Origin: Podarcis pityusensis
Taxonomy: Eukaryota
Strand: one strand, 5' to 3'
Assembly: GCA_964106645.2 (NCBI GenBank)
Contig: OZ067038.1
DNA: 64,000 nucleotides
Part shown: piece after piece, positions 12,575-24,453 of the stretch
Layout: every line of letters begins with the position of its first letter
How positions within the stretch are numbered: position 1 is the stretch's first letter
Program-made: the position numbers and the translations under genes
Notes under the pieces: generated by a model
What the model was told of the DNA's origin: nothing
Databases searched by the model: none
Seen by the model: only the letters and a program-made list of their open reading frames with translations

Positions 12575-13499
12575 CTGAAAAGCAGAACTGAAGAGTCAAT
12601 ATATTCAAGATGGGGATCTCGACTGAATATACACAGTATGGCTCTTGCAAAAAGCATGAAACCTTGCCAAAGTTTTGTTGCTTTGTTGTACCCTTATCAT
12701 ATCCACCTGTTGGTGTTGCTTAATATTTCAGTTGTAGCCTTCTTAGAGATGCTGAGAGAAAGCGTGTGCATGTAAGTTTTGATACGTATGTGTGTGTGTG
12801 AGAGAGAGTGAGAGTGAGCACAGGCATTTCTTGAACAGAAAGGGCTTATTCCATGCAAGCCTCAAAATGCATGTTATTATCACCAGTTATCTATGTAAGA
12901 GTCCGGGTTGATTTGTGAGAAAACCATTCACAATCGGTTTCTAAAACTAAAAGTAGGCTGACGCCTATTAAGTGATGTTATCATGTTGGTAACAGACCTA
13001 ACTTTGCCATTAGCTCCTCCCCTGCATATTCCATCTACTGTAAGTGCAAATTAGGGTAGGGGAAAAGGATGCAGGTTGGTGGGGAGGTGAAGAAATGAGA
13101 TGGAGCCCTTATCACCCGAAGTCCTATGAGACTTGCAATAAGAAAGTAGGCAGAGACCCTTTTGGACCCATTCCTGCCTTCTTCAGCCACCAGTTGGGGA
13201 AGGCATAGAGTGCTGCCTCATTGGATGGACTGAAGCAAAATATGTAATAAAACAAATAAACCGCCTCCCATTTTAAAATAGGAAGAGCTGACTCCAAATG
13301 GAAATCTTATCCAGGAAAAGATGTGCTGTGGGGCAGAAGGGTTAACACAACTTTTTAAAATGATTGGGTTGGAGGCCAGGGAGAAGCTTACTAGGAATTT
13401 TAACACAGTATATTGACCGGGAGTTGTGCAGTATATTGGAAGGTGTTCTCAGCCCTATGTCATGAGCACGGAGGTACAATGAAGCCTTGAGGCACAGGA

Positions 13500-13625
13500 G
13501 TGCAGATTTTGGCACTCTAGATTGTCTGGACTCCAACTCCCACCATCCTTAGCTAGCACAGCCAATGGTCTGGGATGGTGGGAGTCCAGCAGCATCTCAA
13601 GGAGCATAGGCTCCCCACCCCTGTC
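13500..13625. mobile_element. Older palindromic MITE
   Basis: ggactccaactcccaccatcc...ggatggtgggagtcc internal inverted repeat. Confidence 0.6.
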
Positions 13626-14746
13626 CTAGGAGATGAGTGACACCAGAGATAGCAGGGTGTGTGGGGTGGAAGATATATTTTGGTGAAGGGAAGGAAGGGG
13701 TGCTAGCTTTGTTGGCCTTAGTGGCTTGCACGTAATCCTGGAGAGATTATGTGGGATGCTTACGGCAGGAGATTACATTTGGGTTTGGGACCCAATGAAA
13801 AGGAGCGCTGTGGCTTAGAAGTTCAGATTGGCACAGGGAATGGGCGAAGCTTATGTGGTCATGAGTTTGTTCTAGCACAGGTGGAGCTGACCATTATATT
13901 TTCAACAATGCATGTTACTGGGATAACTAACGAGACACAACAGCCTAGTCTCTGGTTTAGATCTTCAGATTCCAGTCTTTGGACCAGAGACAAAAAGCAT
14001 ATCCAACAGTAATAGGATTATGGATATATGTTCTGAGGTTGATGGCAAGCTAACAAGCTTTCTGGGCGTTCTTTGATTACAGGACTAGATGCTGCGGTAG
14101 TAAGTAGAGCCTCAAGTAGCTGAGCTGTACTGTGTATTTGAAAGGTTGAGCAATAGAACAGTCATAAAGACAAAGGGGAGTAAGCAGCAGCCATAGCTTT
14201 TCATGTAAAGGCTGTGGGAAAGTGGGTCCTCACACAGGCCTCTGGGTTTGGTGGGTGTTAGACAAATGGAGGAGTCCTGTGGATAATGACTAGTTCTGGT
14301 ATGTGTCGCCTAACAGGCTGGGGTTGTTAGTGTGGATACTACTAACTAGAAATGCTTCCTAGTGAAGGGGGGTAGTTTTAGACGGCTTTGTTATTCTTCC
14401 TTGGGTGGCAGTGCAATGGGAGGAAATGACATCACATTGAGACCTCAGGTGCACTCTTCTGGGCCATAGTGTTGGGGAGAGCTGGAGAAGCTCTGAAGTC
14501 GACAGTTTTCAAGCTTTGAGAAAGGTGTCAAGGAAAGGAAATGGTATGGCTCAGACCATGACAACTGAGACGAGATCGTGAATATAGAAGGAAGATTCGT
14601 ATGCAGATGGAAGGTGGTAGCCACAAATCCATGTTCAAATACATACAACCTAAATACATGGAAACTTAAATATGAGTCCTTCTGAGATGCATGAATGGGT
14701 AAACATCCCAGGGAAAAATCTCTTTTAAGGAAATAACAGTATGTAC

Positions 14747-14931
14747 CTGCATATTTGGACTGGGTAGCCAAGCTCCATAGCGTCATTTGGAGCTGTTCCA
14801 TCTTGAAAATCGCTGACATTAAAATAGGATAGCGTATGGTTCACGAAGCCATGCATGGTGCCACTTTCACTGTACATATACAGGTACACGAGGCGTGGAA
14901 TGAAGTCAGATGTGAATGAGATCACAAATGC
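14747..14931 (-). CDS. ANO1: ANO1 exon 24 ([16 protein letters not shown]...[11 protein letters not shown])
   Basis: 185 nt, tag|GCA...AG|gtacat; ORF 14725..14925. Confidence 0.98.
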
Positions 14932-15289
14932 CTAAGCCATAAGAGTAAACAATGAGCGCAATATTCAGGCAATGCTTGACTGATTTCATAACCAAACTCA
15001 ACTGTCTCCTCCCCCAGTTGGGCTTATGAGCAGATGGATTGCTATAAATCAGGCTGGTTTCAGGCCATAATCCGCAGATTAATGATTTTCTTCACTCCAT
15101 AGAAGTTTTGATATTCGAACTCTAGAACTGCAGCAAATTGAGAATGAGCAATTGAGGTTGGCTGAGGACATAACATCATGTGGACAATAAAAAACAGGTC
15201 CTTCATTGTTTTCTAATTTCAATATGGTTCTGCTTTCAGTATAAGTGCAACATTTGCAGTGTTCTGCTCTCTCTGGTTCTATATCCACA

Positions 15290-15332
<43 letters not shown>
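15290..15332 (+). repeat. (TTA)n microsatellite
   Basis: Direct reading. Confidence 0.95.
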
Positions 15333-15776
15333 TACTAAGGCATTAAGGGGAGTGTATGTTTAAGAATCCCCTCTTGCTTTCCTTGTTGTGTGCAGTGAGC
15401 CATTTGAACCACTTTGCACTGATGTGGTCTGAAAGTAATAGCAGTTTGGGTCAGCCTAGGCACATGCTCCAAATCAAGGGCACCCAAATTTATTATAATC
15501 TTGTCAAACAATAATGAATGTCCATACCGTAAAGGGGATGACACACAGTAGTTGTTTAAAAAGACCGGAAAACATTCCATCCAGGAAGACTCAAACGTTC
15601 AAAAATGTACCAACATTTTTGGTCCTTTATAATATTAATAAATCTTATATAATTAGATTTGCTGGTGTGAGCACAAGAGGGACCACCAGAAAATTGGGGG
15701 GGGGGGAGCATTTGGGGAACATATAGTCATTTGCTCAAGGCCCAAACGATCCCTTTCCAAAGGATTCTTATAAAGC

Positions 15777-15914
15777 AGGAGTGGGGAACTTGTGGTCCTC
15801 CAGATGTTCTTGAACGTCTGGAGGACTAAAGCCACAGCCAGCATAGCCAATGGACGGGGACAATAAGAGTTGTAGCCAAGCAACACCTAGAGGGCCACAG
15901 GTTCCCCATTTTTG
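15777..15914. mobile_element. Older palindromic MITE
   Basis: Termini caggagtggggaacttgtggtcctccag ... ctagagggccacaggttcccca are imperfect inverted repeats. Confidence 0.65.
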
Positions 15915-16880
15915 TCGCAAGGGAATATTGCTGTTTTCTCCTAGCTTTCTCCACCAGTGGCTTCCGAATCCAATGTACCGATTCCACACTCAGACCCATC
16001 TGGAAGCTTAATAACTGACACATATCACTTTAAGGAAAAGGACAAAGAACGTCGTGCATAACAAGCTTGGAAGCAAAAAGTCAAGAATGAATGTGGACAC
16101 ACAGAGGTGAGCATCAACCAGCACAGCTTCTGCCTGAGCACAACTGGGAGACAGTGCAAGAGTGGCAGAAGCAGGGAGACTTTCTCGCCTATTTCTATTC
16201 CACAGTTTCACATATTTTTCCATCACTGGATGAGCATCTTACACATATAGCTACAGGGATGGGCCACATCTGAAGGGGAAAAGGGAAGGAGGTAAAGATG
16301 CAAATATGGCCGTGAGTCCTTGAAGGACCAGAGAGACAGAGGAAGCAGGCACCCAGAGAGAAAAAGGTGGGCAAAGCCAGCTGGAAATAGAAGTTGAGCA
16401 TGGCACTTGCTTTAGCCTCAGCTCATCTTTATGGCTGCCTTCCCAAATATATTCCTATTTGGTGGACATCCCGCTAGTATGTTATTAAATCACTGTTTGG
16501 TGATCTCTTAAGTTTTTTTTACATTGCTGTGTTTTCCTCTACTCCAACTACAACAAATGCCAGCTCAATTATGTGAGCTTCGAAAGACTCTTGGGATGCC
16601 CTTTAAAGCGTGGCAAAGAACTGAAGACAAACCAACTCTATAAATAAACGATCACTGTGTTACACAAAAACATCCATTTTAACAGGGTTATTATTAACAT
16701 CAAGATACAACGGACTGGGCCACTGGGCCATATAGCTTTTTCTAAACATGATATGCCTAATGACTGTGACTAGTTATGTTGAGATGTTTTAAAAGAAGTA
16801 AGACACATAATACAGAACATACAACCTAGGTCAGTTATGTTTTCAACAACTCTCCCCCCTGCCCCTTTTAACAGCTATTC

Positions 16881-17456
16881 CAGGAATCGGCAAAATTTTT
16901 TAGCCGCAGGCAGGTCCACTGTCCCTCAGACCTTGTGGCAGGCCTGAGAAGCAGCACCGGGGGGGGGGGGGGGAGCTGGAAGAAGAGGCAAGGGGGGCCA
17001 GTAGTCCTCCTCCCCACCCCCAACCACTGCGCTTACCTTCCCTGGGGCTGCCGCCGCCGCCACCGCAGCTTCTTCTCATGGGTAGGCAGAGCAAGCTCGT
17101 CTGCTCCACTCTCTGGCCCATAGGAGCAGCAGGGCGGCGGCAGCGGTGGAGGGAAGATGAGCGGTGCGAAAGGACTGGCTCTGGAGAGGGGCTGCTTAAA
17201 ATGGTGCTCAGCCAGTTCAGCCCAGCCCCCTTCCTCCTTTAGGCAGGGCGGGGGGAAGCCAGGAGGAGGGGGGAGGGAGGAGGCGCTGCCGCGGTGTGTG
17301 TGAGGGTGTGTGTGAGGAAATGGAATGGCGTAGAAAAAAAATTGGTGCAGGCCGAATGAACAGAATCCTCATGCTGATCCACGGACAGTCCACAGGCCAG
17401 ATCCTGAAGGCAATTACGCCTGATCCGGCCTGTGGACCTTAGTTTGCTGATCCCTG
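16881..17456 (+). mobile_element. Non-autonomous hAT DNA transposon with GC-rich interior
   Basis: TIRs caggaatcggcaaa / tttgctgatccctg; 8-bp TSD agctattc (16873-16880) / agctattg (17457-17464). Confidence 0.85.
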
Positions 17457-17464
17457 AGCTATTG

Positions 17465-17700
17465 CCTTTAAGAAGCAGGTGTTAAACATGAGATGAAAAG
17501 AGTCACTGTTGGGCAACTGGTTGTTGCAGGTATCTGGAATGAGAGCTGCACTCACCTGGTAGGATAGGAATGGAAAGAAGTTTTGTCAGATTTGGTACAG
17601 GGTCTAAGAAGTTTGTGAGGGGAGGCAGTCTCAGGAAGCAGGCAGTCTTTTGGGTCACACCGCCTACCTCAGTGGTTGCTTATATGCTTCTGTAAGGCCT
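17465..17700 (-). mobile_element. Degraded L2 fragment
   Basis: Similar to the 37200-37370 segment (gaggcagtct...ctgtaaggc). Confidence 0.45.
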
Positions 17701-18389
17701 ACTCACATTTGCAATGTACAACTGTACATTTGTAAAAAGTGCATATAGAATACTGCAACAAGACAAGCTGCAATATGTCTTTTGCAAAGGAAACTGAAAC
17801 TCTGCCCTGTGCCTGGGAAAGGGGAGTATGAGACAATATGCAGAACAATAAATGTCTGCTTTCTTCCATGAAAGCTGAAATAGGGTAGGGCGAGTCAGAG
17901 GAACAAAAAAATGACATTTGTCATTGTTGAAGAGGTTGCTATAAGAATTATGAAAAAGCAGGAAAAGTGTCCTCAGAGAGGAAAATGAGATATATTATTA
18001 TTATTATTATTTTTAAACAGAGAAGACACATGTGCTCTAAATTCCAGTGACTTGGAAGCCTCCAGATAGCACCCAACAGTCAAGAAGTATAAAAATTGGG
18101 CTGACATGTGCTAAAGAGCAGCTCACACTTTCTCTCTCAGCTTCCCACCTGCTCTATAGAACTTGCTTCACATGAAAAACTATCTGCCTAAGTGGGAAGA
18201 CTAAACAACAGCAGTGTCAGGAAAATCGTTACCATACTTTACTGACAAATAGTCCTTTGTTAATAAAAGTTTCGAAAGTTATAAAAGCGACTTATATTAT
18301 TTGAGCTTCAAAAGCAAGCTTGTGAAATTGAGAATAAAAGTTTCTTTATTTTTGTTCCATGAAAGCTGAAATAGGGTAGGGCGAGTTAA

Positions 18390-18520
18390 ATAAATAAATC
18401 AGAGCAAGATATTAGACTCACAACAAAACTTTGACAGTGATTTGCCCATGGCTGCCCAGTGAGCTTAATCGCTGAGTGGGAATTTGAACTGAGGTTTCAC
18501 TCCAGATTCCACATCACACT
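18390..18520 (-). mobile_element. MIR/CORE-like SINE remnant
   Basis: gatttgcccatggctgcccagtgagctt...gggaatttgaact is the reverse of the SINE at 48830-49040. Confidence 0.55.
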
Positions 18521-18607
18521 AGATGTCTATAATGTTAACATTTCCAAGTAACTGAAAGGAAATTAAGAATCGGCGTGATCAATCACTATTTGCAAAGAAT
18601 TACTTAC

Positions 18608-18660
18608 ATTTATGATCACAGCAAGTTTTCCTACACCTCTGAGGATATTATACCATATTC
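18608..18660 (-). CDS. ANO1: ANO1 exon 23 (GIWYNILRGVGKLAVIIN)
   Basis: 53 nt, cag|GA...AAT|gtaagt. Confidence 0.97.
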
Positions 18661-19242
18661 CTGGAGGGAAAAGACAAGCAGAAGGTTAAAAGACTTTAAA
18701 ATGGCTACCCATAAGAATGGATAACTATAAATAACATCACTGTATAAGTTCAAGGTGCTGGTTTTTATCTCCATAGCCTAAACAGCTTGGGGCTCAAGTA
18801 CTCTAAATACTATCTTCTTCCATATGTATTGTCTCATACACTCTGCTCCATATGTGAAATCCTGCTTCAATCCCCTAACTGTTGTTCTTATTGCTATTTA
18901 GTTTAGTGATGGAGTTGTCCATTTGTTTACACTTTGTCCATTTGTGTGTTTGTGCGTGTGTGTGTATATAGATAGATAATTTTCCGCATATAGATATATT
19001 TCTATTATTTTATTTATTTGATCCCTGATCTGGGATTGAAACGTTGACTAAAGTATCATCTTCACCACCAGTGTCATCATCTCATCACCTTATGCAGTTA
19101 GTAGACCTGAATTTCCCTAGTAGAACAAAGGAGGATTGAAATTTAAAACACAAAACTAAAATAAGAGTCGTGCCTCAACCATCACATATGACAAAGTGAC
19201 ATAAATATTGACTAGTTACTGTGCTGTTAGTGAACTGCTTAC

Positions 19243-19395
19243 CTATATCTTTTGCTCTTACTGCAACTGGCCTTCTAAGCTCAGTAACAAACTTCTTTGC
19301 ATCCAGACGTATTTCAATGATGTTGTTCAGGAGTGCAAACAAGGGAGCCAGTGGGAAAGATGCAACAAACAGGGTTACAAACCCAAACTGGATGA
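19243..19395 (-). CDS. ANO1: ANO1 exon 22 ([51 protein letters not shown]; TM7-TM8)
   Basis: 153 nt, cag|TC...ATAG|gtaagc. Confidence 0.98.
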
Positions 19396-20830
19396 CTGAA
19401 AATTAAAAAGAAAACACACTGTAGTTTGCATATTATGCTGTTCTAGATGGAATGTAATTTTGGAAACAGCTCCCCACAAACAGCCAGTGCTAACTACTGA
19501 AACCACAATATTCTCAGATCATATGCATATGAATGTAGGTAGGTGCTGACCCTGTAATGTTCACCTACAGTAGGTTGCCTGCTGGTTTATGTTTTCTAGA
19601 ACTTCATGAGATAGCAACTTTCTTTGTAGGGGGATATAATACCTTTTATTTCAGCGAAAAACAGGATCACATATTGTATAAAAATGGACTTCAAAGTTAA
19701 AATGGCTGGTAGTTTTTAGAAAACTACATGAAAACTACAAATGCTCTCGGCTAATTAGTGTAGATTGGAATGGAAATAGGTCTGCTTAATTATGGACTGA
19801 GAATGATTTTCCAATCCAGGGATTTACTTTTTAAAAATCTCACATGGTGTCTATTTGCAGTGGCCTCTATCAGTCCCTTTGGTCATGGTCAAATGCTGGA
19901 CCAACACCATCCAAATAACATGTTTGTTGACATATTTATGAGTTATATACAGTTAATTGAATTGGTGATCTCTTGAAAGTTTATTGAAGGCATTTTTATT
20001 GTCAGGTAATTGTTCACATTTTTGCCTTTTGGTGTTAATTGTATTTGTTTCTGCTTGATGTTGTCAGCCACTTTGGGATAACTTTTGGAGAGAGCATGAG
20101 GTACAAATATAAGGAGTTCAGTGAGTGGATAATATGGAGATGACTAGATTCACCATGTTTTGCTTAGAAGCCTTCCAAAAGCATCTGTTTGTAATCTTGA
20201 AGACAAAGTGTTGGACTAAATGGCTCTTTGTTCGGAACCTGCAGCATCCTTGTTTCACATGGTTTCACCATGATCTGCTATAATCACAAATTTAAAGCAC
20301 AGGATACACTGGTAGTTCTGCAAGGCAATCGCGTCAACCTTCTGCTGTTGGGCTGAAGCTGGCTGGATTGAGTGGCAGGAAGCCTTTGCTCAATCCAAAT
20401 TATACCTCTACCAGCCTAGGGCAAAGGGTGTTTAGACTGCAGTTCAGATGTACACAATTCTGCATAGTATCAGAACTTCACTATGGGTGTCACTTTGAGA
20501 TATCAAGGAACATGTGAGAATTTACAATTCCAGGTAGAAGAAGGAATGACTGCTCAACTCTCAGAAAGAGGCTCTCCAACATTTTTCTTACATATTCCAT
20601 CTTATGCTAACAAATCATATACAAAATAGTTTATAAAGAAACAATCCTGCCCTTGAGACTGATTCTATTTATTTAAAAGACACATTCACCTACCAAAACT
20701 GACCATGACCATTACTCATCTATCACTGATTAAGGGTGTGATTCTATGCTCACTTACTCTTTGTATAGGGTAGAACTGTAAGCTATTAAAAAACTGAAAC
20801 CCTAGTTTAAACACTTGAAATCTCACTCAC

Positions 20831-20976
20831 TCATTTCCATGTATTCTGGAGTAAGACCAGCAAAAGGCTCCAGATTATAGTCTACTTCATAGCGTTGTTT
20901 TTTCTTCAAATATTCCTCGTGGTCTCCAGGACGCCGTCGTTTCGATTTCAAGTATCTTATGAATTTTTTCATTTTT
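20831..20976 (-). CDS. ANO1: ANO1 exon 21 (KMKKFIRYLKSKRRRPGDHEEYLKKKQRYEVDYNLEPFAGLTPEYMEM)
   Basis: 146 nt, tag|A...ATGA|gtgagt; ORF 20823..21059. Confidence 0.97.
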
Positions 20977-21761
20977 CTAAGACGAAACATTAAAAACAAC
21001 TCTTTTAAAAGTCTCAGTAGTTTTGTAAGAGCAAAAGGCCAAAAAAACCAACCAAACAAAAATTTGTGAATTTGCTGATTATGAAATTAGTTATATGGGG
21101 ACTGTGGAGGGGAACGAAAGGGTCCCTCAGATGTGCACAAGACTTTCCACGAGAGCCTTCTGAGGCTTTTGTGCTTCATCTCCCAGTCTACAGTTGCAAC
21201 AAGGGCTCTTCCTGAAGTTTATTTGACCTTCAGAGATGCCTTGTCTGAGAGGCACATTGGAAGGGTAGGCCTCAGAAGCCTTACTGTAAGTAGGGCTACT
21301 CCTTGGATTCAGTCTAAATATTTGCAAGGCATCTGAAAAAGTAAATGGGATGAGGTCAATACACTTTCTCACACTAGTCCCTAAGGATGGCAAAGACTGG
21401 TGTTATTAATAAGCTATTTTGTAAGAACTAGGCCTTCATTTCTTTCAGTATTTAGGATTATTTTCAGCTTCTGCTACTACCTGTTAACAAACAAATTTAG
21501 TTTAATTTGTTTTCACTGTAGATTCAGAATTCTTTTTTATTGTCCAAGTTCTGTTGCATACCACTCTAGGAACCATATGATTGAAAAGCAAAATAATAAA
21601 TATTGAAAATGGTATAATAAAGCAAATGCATGTTATTTTATAGTATGTAGCATAGCTGTCTTCTTGCCTTTTGGACAAACCAAAAAACAACATAGCATTT
21701 CTACTTTCAAGTTGATATGCTAGCATTTTACAGCAGATGGTCTCAGTCCTTGGCTACTTAC

Positions 21762-21862
21762 GGGATGCCAATTTCGAAAAGATTGTTCTGAATCAGCTGT
21801 TTGCCCAACATAATAATGCTAAGTTGTATACACAATTCCATTAGGCAACCACCAGGAGCACA
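21762..21862 (-). CDS. ANO1: ANO1 exon 20 ([34 protein letters not shown]; TM6)
   Basis: 101 nt, tag|TGT...CC|gtaagt. Confidence 0.98.
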
Positions 21863-22208
21863 CTAAAGGAGAAATAGAGATACATAGATTAGGGGGATCT
21901 AGGTAACGTAACACAGGCTTATATCAAGACTTTGGTTCCTTCTCCTTGTGCCTCTTACTGCCTCTTAAACTCTGTTCCTGAAAGCTGGAGGACCCTCTGG
22001 AACAGTGTGAGAAGTGGCTGCAGGGGGTGGAGGTAAAATCAGTGAAAACTGCTTTCTCCCCACTTCTGTAAGTGGGGTCCCTCTACTGGATCAAAAGCCT
22101 TCTGTGGAAAGATGTTGCCCTTCTGTGTGCAGATGGTTAAATTTGTATCCACACCATCTTTTTTTTTCTCGATCAGAAATAAGCATGCACAAAATGAACT
22201 GCCGTTAC

Positions 22209-22266
22209 CTCTTCCATGCGAAAAGAATGAAAAATGTAGACATAATCTCCTGGGCGCCCAACGAAT
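22209..22266 (-). CDS. ANO1: ANO1 exon 19 (FVGRPGDYVYIFHSFRMEE)
   Basis: 58 nt, tag|A...GAG|gtaacg. Confidence 0.97.
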
Positions 22267-22851
22267 CTAGGAAAATTCAGAAACAATTATTCTTTTGTTC
22301 TGCCTATTTTAGAGGAACAAAACATCTCCCACACATCCAGATAGAATCTTTGGGAGGAATTCAGTGTGATGGTATGTCAATCGTTCTCTTGGGGCAAGAA
22401 TTTCAGCATTGTTTGTCTGTTTGTTTATAGATTGTTCTTTAATAATAATCATCCTTCTCTATCCTCTGTTCTGAGGGGTTCTCTTGCCCTATCCCAGAGC
22501 CATTTTCGGGTGTGTGGGGAGCACGCAGGAGCAGAAGACAGTGGGGGGGCGGGGCAGGGGGGTAAGCACCATTGCACAAGTGGATATTTTTGAATGGGCT
22601 TCCACCAGTGGGACTTATTAGTTGAATCCAGTTATATAAGCTGCAGGGCATGGGCTCCTATTCCTCATTGAGTAGGGGTCCTGATATAAATGGGTGAATT
22701 TATCAATTTTTGTTTCTCTCAGTTTTTCACTTTTGTAAGCTTGAGTTTGGTTCTTCACATTTCTGCATCAATTTGTGATTTTCTGTAGAGTCATGGAAAT
22801 TAATCAGCATTTTGTTGCAATTTTCTGATAATATACACATTTTTGCAAATA

Positions 22852-23077
22852 CAGTCAAACCTTGTTCTGTGTGTGCCTCCGCTTGTGTCTTCTTCAGCGA
22901 ATGTCTGCAGCAAACCCGGAAGTACGGGAACAGGCTACTTCCAGGTTCGCCGCTCGCAGATAAGTGCTAAATCACGCATGCGCAGAAGCGCTAAATCATG
23001 GCGCTTCGGCGTGCGTCATTTTCGGCTTGCGGATGGGCCTCTGGAACAGATCCCGTCCACAAAATGAGGTTTGACTG
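22852..23077. mobile_element. Non-autonomous Tc1/mariner (Tigger-like) DNA transposon
   Basis: TIRs CAGTCAAACCT / AGGTTTGACTG flanked by TA on both sides; CpG-rich interior. Confidence 0.85.
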
Positions 23078-23444
23078 TAAAATTTGCTTAAAAACAATGC
23101 ATTTTTCTGTTATTTTCAGTACTATATGCAATTCTACACACATATTACACTAATATATGCGTTTTTGTGCATATTATTGGCAGGCTCCCCTGGATCTCTC
23201 GGTCCCAGTAACCTTTCCATTCCCATGCCTGGGTCCTGACTTTATCTCAACAAATGTTCAGAGTCAGCCTAGATAACTATTAAATATTTAATTAATTTCT
23301 CCTGCTACTCACTGGTTCTTGTATAAGGTCTCAAGAGTCAGCTTGAAGTAGTAGTTACAACACTTGAAGTTAAACATTTAATTCACCTTATGCAACTTAC
23401 TGGTCCTTGAAAAAGGTATTGAATTCACTGCTTGTATAACTCAC

Positions 23445-23556
23445 CGGCCCTTGAAGAAAGCCACATAGAAAATAGGCGTGTAGGCATTGACAAATTTCAA
23501 AAGGAAGGCCTTGAAGATAAGACGTTCTTCAAAACTCTTGTCTGTTTTTGGAACCT
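23445..23556 (-). CDS. ANO1: ANO1 exon 18 ([38 protein letters not shown]; TM5)
   Basis: 112 nt, cag|AG...CG|gtgagt. Confidence 0.98.
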
Positions 23557-24251
23557 CTGTGTAAATAAGATTAATGTAAGAGTGCTTGAAAAAAGCATTC
23601 AAATAGCTAAATTTTAGAGCCTGCTAAGATTTAAGATTTTGGAAGATTTTGATCTGTTTAGTTGTTGTTTTTTTTAAAAAGAAAGGGTACATCCCAATGG
23701 TCCTGTCTGTATGGTGATGGTGGAACTAGAAAACTTCCAGCTTCCAGCAACCCTCTCCATGTCTGGAGCTGCATGCATTGTCATGCCTAGGTATGGACTA
23801 CATTCATTGGAAACATCAGCCTGGTCTGATCACAAGAAATGTAACTCAGGGAAAATTCTGTGTTTGATGAAACCCTAAGAAGTTCATGCTCAGCAATAAC
23901 TGGACACCTCATTTTTCCAGGTCTTGATTTATTGTCCCTATGAAGAAAGCAATGACTGTAAATGAAGATGAATTACGTTACTCAGCTTCTGAAAATGGTT
24001 TGGTTCTCCATAGCAAGTGAAGAGGCTCTTGATTAATCTAAGTCCATTTCCTCATTTTATAATCAAACCAATGTTAGTTGCTGAAAGAAGTTCATGTAAT
24101 AATACCAAGTGATTATTTTATATATATCATTGGCTAGACATGCTTTGTTCTTGGCTGTGTGGCCAAAGTGAAATAATTGTGCTTTTTTAAGACAGGCCAT
24201 TTAAAGAAACTGTAGCTTTAAGTCAAAATAACTTTTAAGATTTATACCTAC

Positions 24252-24453
24252 CAATCTGGGTCAGCCATCTGGCTATGCAGCCGTATACTTCATCCAAGAT
24301 TATTATCACCACCAGATTAATAATCACTGCAGTTGCTGTGACAGTTACTCTAACATTAGACCGGCCACCAGGAGTGGAGCTGATGGCTAAAGCTGCTGCA
24401 GTGGAGATTCGGTATATTATGACTCCAAAAACAATGGCAAATGTCAGTCCAAT
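24252..24453 (-). CDS. ANO1: ANO1 exon 17 ([10 protein letters not shown]...CIARWLTQI; TM3-TM4)
   Basis: 202 nt, cag|ATT...ATTG|gtaggt; ORF 24235..24465. Confidence 0.98.

Noticed and set aside
13630-14450. G/purine-skewed block in intron 24 as a possible ancient LINE or gene remnant
   Set aside because: No convincing protein motif recoverable by eye; needs a profile search
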